Below are positions 30,196-41,871 of a stretch of DNA of 64,000 nt, one piece after another. The DNA lies in the IMG/VR virus record IMGVR_UViG_3300033512_000218, positions 32,001-96,000 of that record; one strand, 5' to 3'. The position numbers and the translations under genes were made by a program. How positions within the stretch are numbered: the stretch's first letter is position 1; every line of letters starts with the position of its first letter. This stretch comes from a virus. The notes below the pieces were generated by a model. The model was not told the DNA's origin. It worked only from the letters and a program-made list of their open reading frames with translations, and made no database searches.

Positions 30196-30229
30196 AAAAA
30201 CATTTGATTGCATACATCAAATGTTTTTT
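30196..30229. terminator. intrinsic terminator
   Basis: AAAAACATTTGAT..ATCAAATGTTTTT. Confidence 0.7.
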
Positions 30230-30285
30230 ATTATAAAAGTTTAAATAGTATTTATATTAAATAAACAATTTAAAATAAAAACAAT

Positions 30286-30888
30286 ATGGATAAAAACGAA
30301 TTGAACAATTTAATTAAAAAAATTGTTAGTGAAAATACTATCAATGAAGATATTAATAAAAAATATGAATTAACTAAAGACAGTATTAATATTAATGGAA
30401 ATAAATTATATCGAATCAAAGCATTAAGGTCATTTTCACATGTTAAAAAAGGAGATTTAGGAGGATATATTCAATCAGAAAATAATTTATCACATGAAAA
30501 AAAATGTTGGGTGTATAATGATGCTAAAGTATATGGAAATGCTGAAGTTTCTGATAATGCAACAATTTCTATGGATGCTTTAATTCTTGACAATGCTAAA
30601 GTATATGGAAATGCTGAAGTTTCAGGTAATGCTAAAGTTTACGGAGATTCTAAAGTGTTTGGTAATGCGTATGTATATCAAAAATCTGATATTTATGGAA
30701 ATGCTAAGGTTTATGGTCATGCTCAAATATTTGGGTATGCGAAAGTTTATGATAATGCGAAAGTTTATGATACAGCTGAAGTATTAGCACATGCAGAAAT
30801 ATTTGGGGATGCCCAAGTTTTTGGAGATGTATTAGTTTATAATGCTAAAGTTAATTATAAAATTAATAAAGGTGAAATAAACGAATAA
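30286..30888 (+). CDS. hexapeptide-repeat protein, paralog 2, with N-terminal leader
   Basis: VYGNAK repeats; leader IKKIVSENTINED; GTATTTAT at 30248. Confidence 0.85.
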   Translation: MDKNELNNLIKKIVSENTINEDINKKYELTKDSININGNKLYRIKALRSFSHVKKGDLGGYIQSENNLSHEKKCWVYNDAKVYGNAEVSDNATISMDALILDNAKVYGNAEVSGNAKVYGDSKVFGNAYVYQKSDIYGNAKVYGHAQIFGYAKVYDNAKVYDTAEVLAHAEIFGDAQVFGDVLVYNAKVNYKINKGEINE

Positions 30889-30971
30889 GTACAGTTATTT
30901 TAATTATTTTCTTTTCATAAACAAATATACTACTCTAAAATAAAAATCGTTTAGAATTAAAATACACAAGT

Positions 30972-31006
30972 AAAAAACCTAATATATTTAATCTATATTA
31001 GGTTTT
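30972..31006. terminator. bidirectional terminator
   Basis: AAAACCTAATATA..TATATTAGGTTTT between convergent genes. Confidence 0.75.
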
Positions 31007-31011
31007 ATTAT

Positions 31012-32184
31012 TTATTGTATTTGTAAAGGTTGCCAATTTTGGTCTTCAGTATAATCCCAATCAACTGTACAATGTCTATGTGATTTAATATAATCATTTA
31101 TTTCAGTTGGAATTAGTCTTGCACTTCTTTTACAAAGTATTTTTTTTAAGTTGGGTAAATTCCAAATAGGTTTAAAACTTGTAGCCATTGTAAACGTTAT
31201 ATCTAAATATTCTAATTTTTTTAAATTTTTTAATGGAGTTAAATCAGATACAGCAGTATTTCGTACATTAAGTTTTTTTAAATTAATTAATTGAGATAAA
31301 GGTTCTAATGTTTTTAAATTAAAATGTTCTCCGTTTATATATGTTAAGTTTATAATTTTACTTAAATCATTTTGAGTTGGATTTCCTTGAATATTTATAT
31401 GTTTTTTAAATATTGATTTCCAATCCTGATTTAAATTATTCCACCAAACAACTAATTGGTTATTATTATTGTTTTCTATTGGTTTATCATTATTTTCTTT
31501 ATTTGATAAATATTTTTCTACAACATCATATATTATTTTTTTTAAATCATGTATATTTATTTCATTTACTGATTTAGGTATTATTTTATCTTTATTATCT
31601 TCTAACCATTTAATTAAAATAGGATAATCACTTTTAGTATATGTGTATTTATCAATAATATTATTATCTATTAAATCATTTGCTAATTGTTTATTATCAT
31701 TGATTATTTCGTTATAATATTCATCATCCTCTTTTTTTAATGATGATAAATAATCACTTACTATATTTATAGCTGTTTCATTATTTTTTGTATTAAATAA
31801 AATATTATAATCTGTATACATTAAATCTTTTTGTGTACTTTTATTATCAGATATTTCAATTATATCATAAATCATTTTAGGAATAACTATATATGATTTA
31901 TCTTTAAATATTAATGTGTATATTTTATTTTCATTTAATTTTTTGATATACATATCATAATCAGTATCCTTTAGTTTATTGGTATATTTAGTATTTTCGG
32001 CTTTAGTCATTATTTTTTTATCCACAATTAAATTACTGTTAATAATTTCTTTTAACGACATAATATATCCATCTATATCAAATTCTTTTTTTAATAAATT
32101 TTCTATTCTTACTTTATTTTTACCATCTATATTATCCATATTTAAATGATTATTTTCATTTAATATACTAACATTATTTTTCAT
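31012..32184 (-). CDS. protein with C-terminal leucine-rich repeats
   Basis: LEPLSQLINLKKLNV..VSDLTPLKNLKKLEYLDI; GTATTTAT upstream. Confidence 0.75.
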   Translation of the reverse strand: MKNNVSILNENNHLNMDNIDGKNKVRIENLLKKEFDIDGYIMSLKEIINSNLIVDKKIMTKAENTKYTNKLKDTDYDMYIKKLNENKIYTLIFKDKSYIVIPKMIYDIIEISDNKSTQKDLMYTDYNILFNTKNNETAINIVSDYLSSLKKEDDEYYNEIINDNKQLANDLIDNNIIDKYTYTKSDYPILIKWLEDNKDKIIPKSVNEINIHDLKKIIYDVVEKYLSNKENNDKPIENNNNNQLVVWWNNLNQDWKSIFKKHINIQGNPTQNDLSKIINLTYINGEHFNLKTLEPLSQLINLKKLNVRNTAVSDLTPLKNLKKLEYLDITFTMATSFKPIWNLPNLKKILCKRSARLIPTEINDYIKSHRHCTVDWDYTEDQNWQPLQIQ

Positions 32185-32226
32185 ATATATTTTGTTTGAT
32201 TATTATTTTTATATAAATACTTAAAA

Positions 32227-34617
32227 TTAATAAATAAATTCATCACTAATTGTAAGTGGTAAATTAGAATATACATAAGTTGTACAATCATTTCTTAATG
32301 TTCTATTTCTTCCTACTGCTTGTATTAAATCTGATTCAATTAAACTTAATTGTAATTCTCTTAATTCATCGTGTTCAAAAGCATTAAACTTAAATTTCAT
32401 TCCTTTCCATTCAATTAATCTATAACTAATATTTGAATTAATATCTACATTTGATAAATCTATTCCTAAAGCATTTGCATATAAAGAATATACATAATTA
32501 GGTTTATGATTCGTACCTATTACTGTAATATCTTTTCCGTTTAATTCATCATAACCTAAACAATTTCCTAAATGAATATCATTTACTGAAGTATCAAAAT
32601 CTTTTTTATTATCTTTAAAAGTAATAACAGGATTGTTATTTATTTGTGATTTAATTTCAGTAATATATTTATAATTATTTAATCCATATCTGGAACAAGA
32701 ATTTTGTGTATATTGGATTATATTGCCTACTGTTTCAACATTATTTAAATCATATACATATACATCATCTTTAAATAAATATTTGTATAATGGAATTAAA
32801 GCAGTTGAACTTAGTATGATTGTTTTTCTTCCTTCTTTAATTTTAAAGTTATCTAAATTTAATGTTATATAATGAATTATATTTTTATCAGTTGAATCAA
32901 TATAATAAGAATGAGAATGTATTAATTTAAGTAAATCTCCAATATGTTCATTTTTAACTTCATCTAAAAAGTTACTATATTGTTTAGTAAACATAGGATT
33001 TACTTTAATTGGTTTATTATATTTTACTCGTTGTTCTGTTGTATATTCCCATAGTAAAGAATTTAATCTTTTTTGTTCTATTGCATTAAAATCTTTTAAC
33101 CATCTAATATCAAATGAATTTATTTCAAATATATAAGAAATAGGGTCTTCATCAAATATTACTGTATTAAACATATGATTTGTATGAATAGCTTTTTGAT
33201 GAGTAGTAAACATTGATAAATGAGTAAATAATTTTAATCTTCCATTTGAATCCAAATATTCTTTAGCTTTCATTCGTTCATTCATATCTAATTTATCATT
33301 ACTTAATATACGGGTTAGATATAGAATAGCTTCTTGATATAAGTGTTTATTATATAACTCTTTTATATCAATATTATATTTATTATTTTCAAATGTAGGT
33401 AATTTAAGTGTTTTATCTTTTAATTTATTAGGATTTTTTACTGTACATCTATCAAAAACTTCATCTTTCAATTTATGTGTTGGAAATGAATATAAAAAGT
33501 TTCCTTTTAAATCTATTTCACATTCAGTTTTACCAAGTCCTGTTGGACTTGTTATTATATGAATACCTGGTTTACCTTTTTTAATAACTTGATTTAATGT
33601 TTCTTTTAGTTTAATTTCTGCTGTTTCTAAACTCATTTTTATTGGTTTTTCAGTTAATATATCTACTCTTCCCTTTTTCCAATTGGAATCAATGTTTAAT
33701 AAATCATTATATTTCCAATCTTCTTTATATGGACTAAAATATTTTAATTGTATTGGATTATATTTATACTTTTTAATAATATTGAATAAAGCGAAATTAT
33801 TCAGTGTATAATTAGTTTTACCTATACTATTATAATACAACATAGTATCTCTAATTAATTTATTTCCTCCTTTTATATAACTTGTATTTGTTATTAATCC
33901 TATTAAAATATCTTGACTTTTTAAATCTCCTTTTAAAAATTCATCTAATACTTGAATTTTTGAACTTGATTCAGTGAAATTATAATTTTGGATTAGTTTT
34001 GTTTTATTATTTAATGTATGTTTATTATTATTGTTATAAAAATTTAACATGTAATTTTCATTAATATTATTGAAATTAGATGTTAAATATCGGAATGTAT
34101 TTTTTTTCTTACTTCCTATTCTACATAAATTACTTGTATATGTTAAATATTCTAAATCTGTTAAATTTTCATTAATATATAAACAATCATTATATAATTT
34201 ATCAATATTATTAATTGGTACAATTGAAGATGCATTGAATAATAATGATATGTTTTTATATATAAAATTACGATGTTTAATATTATTAATTGATTTATCC
34301 AATACAAATATAATACTAAATGTTTTATCACTACTTAATATTAAATTAGGGGATAAATTATTATGTTTTAATATATTTAAAACATTTTCGGCGGAATAAT
34401 CCGAAATAAATTCAAATGATAGTAATTGTTGAGATAACCACTTTGTGGTTAATGTAATATTGCTTTTAAAAATTGAAGTTGAAATAATATTTCTATTATC
34501 TATTAAATGATGTTTTAATTCTTGAATATTATTTAAAACAGATACTTCAGTTGGAAGTTTTTTTAATATCTTCTTGGATAGTTGTTTATTATTTAAATAT
34601 GTGGTAAATTGTATCAT
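32227..34617 (-). CDS. primase-like / SF2 helicase (origin-binding-type) replication protein
   Basis: Walker A SPTGLGKT, Walker B VIFDED, motif VI QAVGRNR; N-terminal domain assignment is weak. Confidence 0.65.
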   Translation of the reverse strand: MIQFTTYLNNKQLSKKILKKLPTEVSVLNNIQELKHHLIDNRNIISTSIFKSNITLTTKWLSQQLLSFEFISDYSAENVLNILKHNNLSPNLILSSDKTFSIIFVLDKSINNIKHRNFIYKNISLLFNASSIVPINNIDKLYNDCLYINENLTDLEYLTYTSNLCRIGSKKKNTFRYLTSNFNNINENYMLNFYNNNNKHTLNNKTKLIQNYNFTESSSKIQVLDEFLKGDLKSQDILIGLITNTSYIKGGNKLIRDTMLYYNSIGKTNYTLNNFALFNIIKKYKYNPIQLKYFSPYKEDWKYNDLLNIDSNWKKGRVDILTEKPIKMSLETAEIKLKETLNQVIKKGKPGIHIITSPTGLGKTECEIDLKGNFLYSFPTHKLKDEVFDRCTVKNPNKLKDKTLKLPTFENNKYNIDIKELYNKHLYQEAILYLTRILSNDKLDMNERMKAKEYLDSNGRLKLFTHLSMFTTHQKAIHTNHMFNTVIFDEDPISYIFEINSFDIRWLKDFNAIEQKRLNSLLWEYTTEQRVKYNKPIKVNPMFTKQYSNFLDEVKNEHIGDLLKLIHSHSYYIDSTDKNIIHYITLNLDNFKIKEGRKTIILSSTALIPLYKYLFKDDVYVYDLNNVETVGNIIQYTQNSCSRYGLNNYKYITEIKSQINNNPVITFKDNKKDFDTSVNDIHLGNCLGYDELNGKDITVIGTNHKPNYVYSLYANALGIDLSNVDINSNISYRLIEWKGMKFKFNAFEHDELRELQLSLIESDLIQAVGRNRTLRNDCTTYVYSNLPLTISDEFIY

Positions 34618-34639
34618 TTTTTGCTTTCGATTTAAATTA

Positions 34640-35105
34640 TTTTAATAAAATAGATTGATGAGTTCTATTTTATATATATACTATAAAATATTTTTTAAAA
34701 ATTAAAATATTTAAATTAAACGGAAATAAATTAATTAAGCAAAAAATGAAAAAGACATTAATTTATATTCAAGACATCACTCTTTTATCCATTTAATTTA
34801 AATATTAGAACTGTTAAAATTTACTTTATATAATAAATTAAAAAAAATAAAAATAATTGAATGTATTATCATTTTTATTTTATATAAATACAATAAAATA
34901 TTTTTATAAAAAGTATATCAATTATTTTTTTACTTTAGTAAAAAAATTTTTGCGTAGCAAAAAGAAATATTAGTAAAATTGAACGTATTGTAATACATTG
35001 AATATCAATTTATAATATAAGAAAAATAAAAAAATAGTGTAAAAAAGTTTAATATACAATATATAGTATTTAATACTTTTAAAATTTTTTGCTTTGCAAA
35101 AAATC
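34640..35105. other. long AT-rich palindrome-dense intergenic region (candidate replication origin)
   Basis: IR AATATTTAAATTAAACGGA / TCCATTTAATTTAAATATT; two TTTTTGC-nnn-GCAAAAA palindromes; further hairpins. Confidence 0.4.
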
Positions 35106-35117
35106 AATTGTATTAAT

Positions 35118-35174
35118 TTTAACATTTATTAACTATTAAATATTTTGATTTTAAATTAATTATATTTATATTTG
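35118..35174 (+). promoter_or_regulatory. 57-bp early-type promoter
   Basis: motif copy with -7 box TATATTTG. Confidence 0.75.
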
Positions 35175-35199
35175 TAAAATATAATTTAAAACTCAAAAA

Positions 35200-36318
35200 A
35201 TGAATAAACTTAAAGAATTAATAAAATCAGAAGAAAATGAAAAATATCATTTATCTTTAAATTATATTGATTATATAAATAATTTCAATTTAGATGGCGG
35301 ACAAATATCTTCTGAATTATATAATAATTTATTATCAAAAGTAAAAAATATTGAGACATCATTTGATGTTTATAAATATTATCAAAATCAAAATTTATTT
35401 GATTTTTCCGAAAAATATGGAACATTATTAACAGGTATATTTAAAAGTGATAAATTAAATCCAAGAATTAATGTTGATAATGTATTACAACAAATATTAA
35501 TTAATAGTGATTCCACTACAATTAAAAAATACTATAAATATTATAATAAATTAGGTAAAGTTGAAAAACAAATTATTGATGATTTTAAAGAACATGAAAT
35601 TCTTAAAAAAGAAATAACCGAATTTAAACAAAAGTTTAAATTAATGAAAAATAATATAGTCTCAAATCCTACTAAATCAGATATAAAAAATAAACAACAT
35701 GAATATATCAAAGGTAAAATTGATACAAAATTAAAAAATATAATAGAAAAAATAGCAGAAGAATACAGAAAAAGTATTGAATTAAATTATGCTAAATATT
35801 ATATTCAAATAATTGAAAACTACAACGATTCACAAAAAACAGAACCAAATCCATATATTTTATATATGAAAAATCCAGATTATAGAGAAAATATTTTAAA
35901 GTTTTTAGATGAAAAACAAGATAATACTAATAAATTAAAATATGTTTATAACGGAACAAAAACATACGAATTAAAAAGTAATTATAAAGAAATAATAAAA
36001 CAAGAATCTAAAAAACAATCTGATAATATTATATCTGATTATATAAATAAAATGTTTTATAAATTAGGTGGATTATTAATTGATATAAATAAAGAAGTAA
36101 AAAATATTGTTAAATCAGGAAATGAAAGTGAAGGAACAATAATATTCCAATTTACTGATAATAGTCAATTTACTATAAAAAACAGTATAGTTAAATCATA
36201 TTCAAAATTAAGTACTCCTTTTTATCGCTATCCTTTAACATTTCATAATATAATTAATAGCAAAGGCGAATATATAAAAAATCCAAGTGAATTAACATTA
36301 AAAAAATATTTTAACTAA
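35200..36318 (+). CDS. hypothetical protein
   Basis: 372-aa ORF after promoter. Confidence 0.7.
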   Translation: MNKLKELIKSEENEKYHLSLNYIDYINNFNLDGGQISSELYNNLLSKVKNIETSFDVYKYYQNQNLFDFSEKYGTLLTGIFKSDKLNPRINVDNVLQQILINSDSTTIKKYYKYYNKLGKVEKQIIDDFKEHEILKKEITEFKQKFKLMKNNIVSNPTKSDIKNKQHEYIKGKIDTKLKNIIEKIAEEYRKSIELNYAKYYIQIIENYNDSQKTEPNPYILYMKNPDYRENILKFLDEKQDNTNKLKYVYNGTKTYELKSNYKEIIKQESKKQSDNIISDYINKMFYKLGGLLIDINKEVKNIVKSGNESEGTIIFQFTDNSQFTIKNSIVKSYSKLSTPFYRYPLTFHNIINSKGEYIKNPSELTLKKYFN

Positions 36319-36507
36319 TATGCTAATAAAAAAAGAAAAATTAAAATCAGGAAGATATATGATAGGTATTCATTTTGAAAATGATGACCATTATGTTGAT
36401 TATGTTTTTTGTGATGAATCTGAAATAGAAATATATACTCAATGGGCTTTGGATAGAATAAAAGAATTAAATTAAATTGTATTTATATAAAAAATAAACT
36501 AAAAATT

Positions 36508-36960
36508 ATGAATGAGAAAATTATAAACATGATAACCGAAGAAATAGAAGAACAATTATTATTAAAATCGTTTGTTCCAAAAAATTTCTTTTTTAAATTA
36601 TCAAAACGTGAAACAGGTCTTTCATCAATTGGAGCAAGTCCAAGAAGTATAAACGTACAATTTAAATATAATAATAAAAAAATTGATATTGGTGAAATAT
36701 ATCGACCAAGAATATGTATGAAATTTGAGTAGGAAGATTTTTTTGTTTTTATGTTTTACATGAGAACATCAAGAAATATAATATTGAATAAAAAAATACC
36801 AACTAATAAACAAGACCCACAATATGATAAATCATTTTTCGAAGAATTAAAAAACGAGTTTATTAAATCAATCATGAATATAATGTCATATACTGATGGT
36901 AACGGAATAGAATTAAAAAATAAAATATTAACTTCTATAAAATATGAATTAGAAAAATAA
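36508..36960 (+). pseudogene. single gene split by in-frame TAG at 36730-36732
   Basis: ORFs 36508 and 36751 share a frame with one stop between them; GTATTTAT at 36479. Confidence 0.55.
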
Positions 36961-36995
36961 AATAAGACCTACTTAATTAAAGTAGGTCTTATTAT
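36960..36995. terminator. bidirectional terminator
   Basis: AATAAGACCTACTT..AAGTAGGTCTTATT. Confidence 0.8.
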
Positions 36996-36998
36996 TTA

Positions 36999-37802
36999 TT
37001 AAAATTCAAATAAATCTAATGTTTTATTATTTAATTCGGGTATTTCTTTTAATAATACATCATAAATATCATGAATATTTAAATATGGTATAGAAACAAA
37101 TTCTCTTATATTTAACCAATTATAATTATTAAAAACATCAATTATTTTATTTTTTAATTGAATATTTGTTGTGTTAATTTTTATAACGTGATATGATTTT
37201 ATATTTTCTGTATCCTTTATAATTCTTCCAATCATTTCACCTAATCTTTTAACTTTAAAATCGTATTGTTTTAAATTATTATATGCTTCCTGTCTAATAT
37301 CAATAAAATCTATTTTATTATAATGTATTTTATTTGTGTATATATTATAGATATTAAAACAAGGTTTTATTAATCTATCTGAATATAATATATTATCTAA
37401 TTTAATACTTAATAGAACTTTATTTTTATTATAATACGAAATAGGTAATATAAATGCAATATATTTTGATAAATTAGACGATTTAATTAAAAATTGAGTT
37501 AATAAATGTCTATTTCATCCAAAAGGTGGATTACCAATAATTAAACATCTATCATTATATTCTAAATCTAACTTTAAAAAATCTTGTTTAATTATTCTAT
37601 TTTATTCTGGTTCAATATCATAAGCTAATATTTTATATTTACTTGAATATTTATCAAACAGATAATTACTAAAACTACCATTACCAGCAGAAGGTTCGAT
37701 AATAGTATTAATATTATCTCTACCGATAAAATCCAAAGTTTGTTCAACCAATTTAATAGCTAAATCAACTGGAGTATAATATTTATCTAAATATAATTTC
37801 AT
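36999..37802 (-). pseudogene. N6-adenine methyltransferase pseudogene
   Basis: single frame: DKYYTP, IEPSAGNGSF, YDIEPE*NRIIKQDFL, IGNPPFG*NR, AFILP; stops TAA (37602-37604) and TGA (37515-37517). Confidence 0.8.
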
Positions 37803-37947
37803 TATTTTTAAAAATTAAAAAGATTATTATCTATAACTATATTTGTATTAATATTAGGTTTTTTCATTGTTTATTTTAGTTTTAAACGATTTTTATTTTA
37901 ATGTAGTATATTTGTTTAGGAAATAAAAATAATTGAAATAAACGTAT

Positions 37948-38553
37948 TTATTTTGATATTTTTTGATTTTTAACATCATAATCTACCTTAGCATTTCCAA
38001 AAACTATTGCGTTTTCACTAATAGTAGCATCACCATATATTTTTGCTTGTTGAAATATTTGGGCATTACGAAATATATATGCTTTCCCAAAAATTTGTAC
38101 ATCATCATAAACTTGTGCGTTACCAAAAACCTTAGCATTTTTATAAACTTTAACATTATCAAATACTCTTGCATTATCATATACCTGAGCATTATCAAAT
38201 ACTTTCGCTTTTCCATAAACTTTAGCGTTATCAAATACTTTTGCATTATCAGATATTATAGCTTCATGATAAACTTGGGCATCATCATAAACTTTAGCAT
38301 TTCCATATACTTTAGCATTATTATCAATCCAACAATCATCTTCGTGTGATAAATTATTTTCAGATTGAACATATCCTCCTAAATCTCCCTCTTTTATATT
38401 TGAAAATGATTTTAATGCTTTTATACGATATAATGTATTTCCATCAATATTAATTGTTTCATTGGTTAATTCATATTTTCTATCATTATCTTCATTGATA
38501 GTATTTTCGGAAATAATTTTTTTAATTAATTTGTCTAAATCTTTTATGTTCAT
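37948..38553 (-). CDS. hexapeptide-repeat protein, paralog 3, with N-terminal leader
   Basis: leader IKKIISENTINED; VYGNAK repeats; flanks homologous to those of paralog 2. Confidence 0.85.
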   Translation of the reverse strand: MNIKDLDKLIKKIISENTINEDNDRKYELTNETINIDGNTLYRIKALKSFSNIKEGDLGGYVQSENNLSHEDDCWIDNNAKVYGNAKVYDDAQVYHEAIISDNAKVFDNAKVYGKAKVFDNAQVYDNARVFDNVKVYKNAKVFGNAQVYDDVQIFGKAYIFRNAQIFQQAKIYGDATISENAIVFGNAKVDYDVKNQKISK

Positions 38554-38595
38554 AGTATTTTATTTTAATATAAATACTATTTAAACTTTTATAAT

Positions 38596-38628
38596 AAAAA
38601 AACATCCAACGTATATGATTGGATGTTT
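38596..38628. terminator. intrinsic terminator
   Basis: AAACATCCAA..TTGGATGTTT. Confidence 0.65.
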
Positions 38629-38662
38629 AAAGAAATATATATTGAGTTTATAAATATTCTCT

Positions 38663-39982
38663 TTACTCAAAATATAAATTATATTGTTTTTTAATATTTT
38701 TTAATAAATCCAATATATCTTTTTTATAATATTTTAAAAACTCCATAAATGTTTCAATATATGATTCATCATACTCATTGGATATTAAAAAACATTCATT
38801 TCTTAATTTATTAAATTTATCTTTTTTTAATAATTTATAGAATATTTTAAATATCCATTCTTCATTATCAGTAATCCATTGTTTATTTGAATTATTGGGA
38901 GAATATAATAAATACAGTGAATAAAATTCTTTACCTTCAATATCTAAATTAGATAAATCATCTTGTTTAAATCTATCTCTATCAACTAAAGCACAAAAAG
39001 AGAAATTAGGAATATCATTATCAAATTCTATGTTTAAATGATTTAAAATGTTTGTTTTCATTATATATTATTTTTTATTGTTTTTATAAATTAAGTAATT
39101 TTTTTTATTTTTTATTGAAAAAACTTAATAAAAAATCTACAACTTCTGATTTTTCTGTATTATTGGTTGAATCATCATTATTATTATTAATTTCTATTTT
39201 ATTAAATATAATTTTGTCCCTTATAATTTCTTTTGCTTTTAGTTCATTTTCTGCAATTATATCAGTTTTTAGTTTTTTACCGAAAATCTCAAAATAAATA
39301 GTATAATTTTTCATAATTATAATTTTAAATATTAATACCCATAATAAATTAAAATATTTCTTTTCCAATCAAATGATTTATAAATACGAACAAGTTCAAA
39401 AATATTATATTCATATTTCCAACTATCAGTTATTTGATTTTGATTATCATCCAAATTAATAGGAGATAAACAAGTCCATTCTATTCTCATTGAACGAATG
39501 TGTTCAAATATTTTAAATAAAGCTGTTTGTTCTTCTTCAGTTATTAATGAAAAATCAAATGTATGTTTTCCATATTCTGTTTTAATTGAATTTAAAAATA
39601 ATGATGGTTCAGTTTTATCAAAAATAGTATCTTTCGTACCAAAGAAAGGAGTTACCATATCATTATAATATTTTTTAATTCGTTCTTTATATGTATCAAT
39701 TATATATAATAAAAAATACTTATTAACTATAAATAATTCATTATCACCATTATAATAATTGTGTATCTCTTTTTGTTTAAAAAAAGGTTTGGATGAATTT
39801 TTAGGAGGATTGAAATTAGCATATTTTCCAAATCCATATAAAATAGTACATAAATCATAAACTCCTATATAATCATCATCTATATTTTTATTATAATATT
39901 CATATAGTTGAGTACGATTTAATGATTTTATTTTATTATATTCTTTTTTAGGTATTAAACCTATATAATTTCTATATCCCAT
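38663..39982 (-). other. three minus-strand hypothetical ORFs (39332-39982, ~39105-39314, 38663-39061)
   Basis: co-oriented ORFs with no recognisable motifs. Confidence 0.6.
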
Positions 39983-40044
39983 AATAAGTCTTTTTTATAT
40001 TAAATTAAATAAAAATTATTTAATTTAATAGAAAACAAAATATT

Positions 40045-40266
40045 ATGAATAATAATTATAAGTGTCCTACATGCAATCATATATTAAATGAAAAGGAATG
40101 TCATGATTTAATGGATAAAGATACAGTTGAAAGAATATTAGATTTTAAATTTGAACAAATGTGTAATTTATATGGGGATTGTAGTTATGTTTCAGTTGAA
40201 GTGGAAGATATTGAAATAAAATGTCCTAATTGTCATGAATATAATATTTTTGAATATATAAACTAA
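40045..40266 (+). CDS. zinc-ribbon protein
   Basis: CPTC...CPNC. Confidence 0.6.
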   Translation: MNNNYKCPTCNHILNEKECHDLMDKDTVERILDFKFEQMCNLYGDCSYVSVEVEDIEIKCPNCHEYNIFEYIN

Positions 40267-40267
40267 T

Positions 40268-41041
40268 ATGATAATAGATTTAAGATTTGGTGATACAATA
40301 GAACAAATGAAATTAATACCTAATAAAAGTATTGATTTTATTTGTTGTGATTTACCGTATGGTACAACTAAAAATCATTGGGATATTGTTATTCCATTTG
40401 ATAAATTATGGGAACAATATGAACGAATTATTAAAAATAATGGTGCTATTGCTTTATTTGGTCAAGGATTGTTTTTTATAGATTTAATAAACTCAAATAG
40501 AAAATTATTCAGATATGATTTAGTTTGGGATAAACAATTAACAAGTGGATTTTTAAATGCAAATCGTATGCCATTAAGAGTACATGAAAATATTGCTATT
40601 TTTTATAAGCAACCACCTATATATAATTCACAATATACAGAAGGTAAGCCACTACATTCAAAAGGAAAATCATATCTAAATAAAGAACATAAAAATGAAA
40701 ATTATGGTAAATTTAAAATGATTGAAGATATTAATGTTGGTAATACACAAAAACATTCTAAAAGTATTATATCTTTTCAAAAACCACATCCAAGTAAATC
40801 CTTACATCCCACACAAAAACCAGTTGAATTGATTGGATGGTTAATAATGTCATATTCAAATGAAAATGATACTGTATTGGATAATACATTTGGAAGTTGT
40901 ACAACAGGAATTGCATGTATAAATACAAATAGAAATTTTATTGGAATAGAAAATAATATTCATTATTTTAATATTTCATTAAAAAGAATAAATGAAAAAC
41001 AAAAAGAAAAAGAATTTATATTATTAAATTCAATGATTTAA
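40268..41041 (+). CDS. N6-A/N4-C DNA methyltransferase, beta class
   Basis: CDLPYG, HPTQKP, LDNTFGSCTTG. Confidence 0.9.
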   Translation: MIIDLRFGDTIEQMKLIPNKSIDFICCDLPYGTTKNHWDIVIPFDKLWEQYERIIKNNGAIALFGQGLFFIDLINSNRKLFRYDLVWDKQLTSGFLNANRMPLRVHENIAIFYKQPPIYNSQYTEGKPLHSKGKSYLNKEHKNENYGKFKMIEDINVGNTQKHSKSIISFQKPHPSKSLHPTQKPVELIGWLIMSYSNENDTVLDNTFGSCTTGIACINTNRNFIGIENNIHYFNISLKRINEKQKEKEFILLNSMI

Positions 41042-41093
41042 CATTTATTAACACAATAATATTTGTATTTTAAAAATAAATGTTTTATCTTTG
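41037..41093 (+). promoter_or_regulatory. 57-bp early-type promoter
   Basis: motif copy. Confidence 0.8.
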
Positions 41094-41300
41094 TTGTATA
41101 ATTTAAAAACTTAAACAAAATGAAAAAACTTACAATTTGGTTAATGAAATACAACCTAAAAAAGGCAATTAAACAACAAGAATTACATGATAATTCTATT
41201 ATAAAATCAGCATACAATAATCTTATTAAAAACTATAGAGACACAATAATGTATATGGAAGCAGAAATAAAATCTAAAAATACACAAAAACAATAAAACA

Positions 41301-41660
41301 ATGAAAAATAGAGATAAATTTAAAAAAGTTATAGAAAAATATTGTAAGGATTTTAATTTGAACAATAAAGAAAATCAAATTAAAAATATACATATATTAT
41401 ACGGAGGATGTAGAGTATCAATTAATGAATTTATTATTGATTTTGATATTATACGATTTTTAGTTGATAAAAATATTAGTTTTCAATATTATTATAAATG
41501 GATTGATTTTGAAAAATTTTTAAAAAAAACAAATACAAATATAAGTATTTATTTATTCATGTATTTAGCGGATATGTACAAAAACTGTACAAATGAAAAA
41601 AGACTTATATCTTTTATAAAACAATACAAACGATATAGAAATAAAAAAAATAAACATTAA
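41301..41660 (+). CDS. hypothetical protein
   Basis: ORF with A-rich leader. Confidence 0.55.
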   Translation: MKNRDKFKKVIEKYCKDFNLNNKENQIKNIHILYGGCRVSINEFIIDFDIIRFLVDKNISFQYYYKWIDFEKFLKKTNTNISIYLFMYLADMYKNCTNEKRLISFIKQYKRYRNKKNKH

Positions 41661-41676
41661 GAATAATAGAAAAATA

Positions 41677-41733
41677 TTTAACATTTATTAACACAAATTA
41701 ATTTGTATTTATGAAATAAATGTTTTATCTTTG
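41677..41733 (+). promoter_or_regulatory. 57-bp early-type promoter upstream of array 3
   Basis: motif copy. Confidence 0.8.
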
Positions 41734-41871
41734 TGATATTATTAACAATTAAAAAAATAAACAAAATAGAAAATCCACAAATTATTGAATCAAATGGTAA
41801 ATTTAATACAATTAAAAAACTTCATAAATTTGAAACATAAAATTTAATTAACAGATAAAACTTAATAAAAG

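Noticed and set aside
29595-38553. Diversity-generating retroelement acting on the hexapeptide paralogs
   Set aside because: No reverse transcriptase in the window, and the differences are not adenine-specific.
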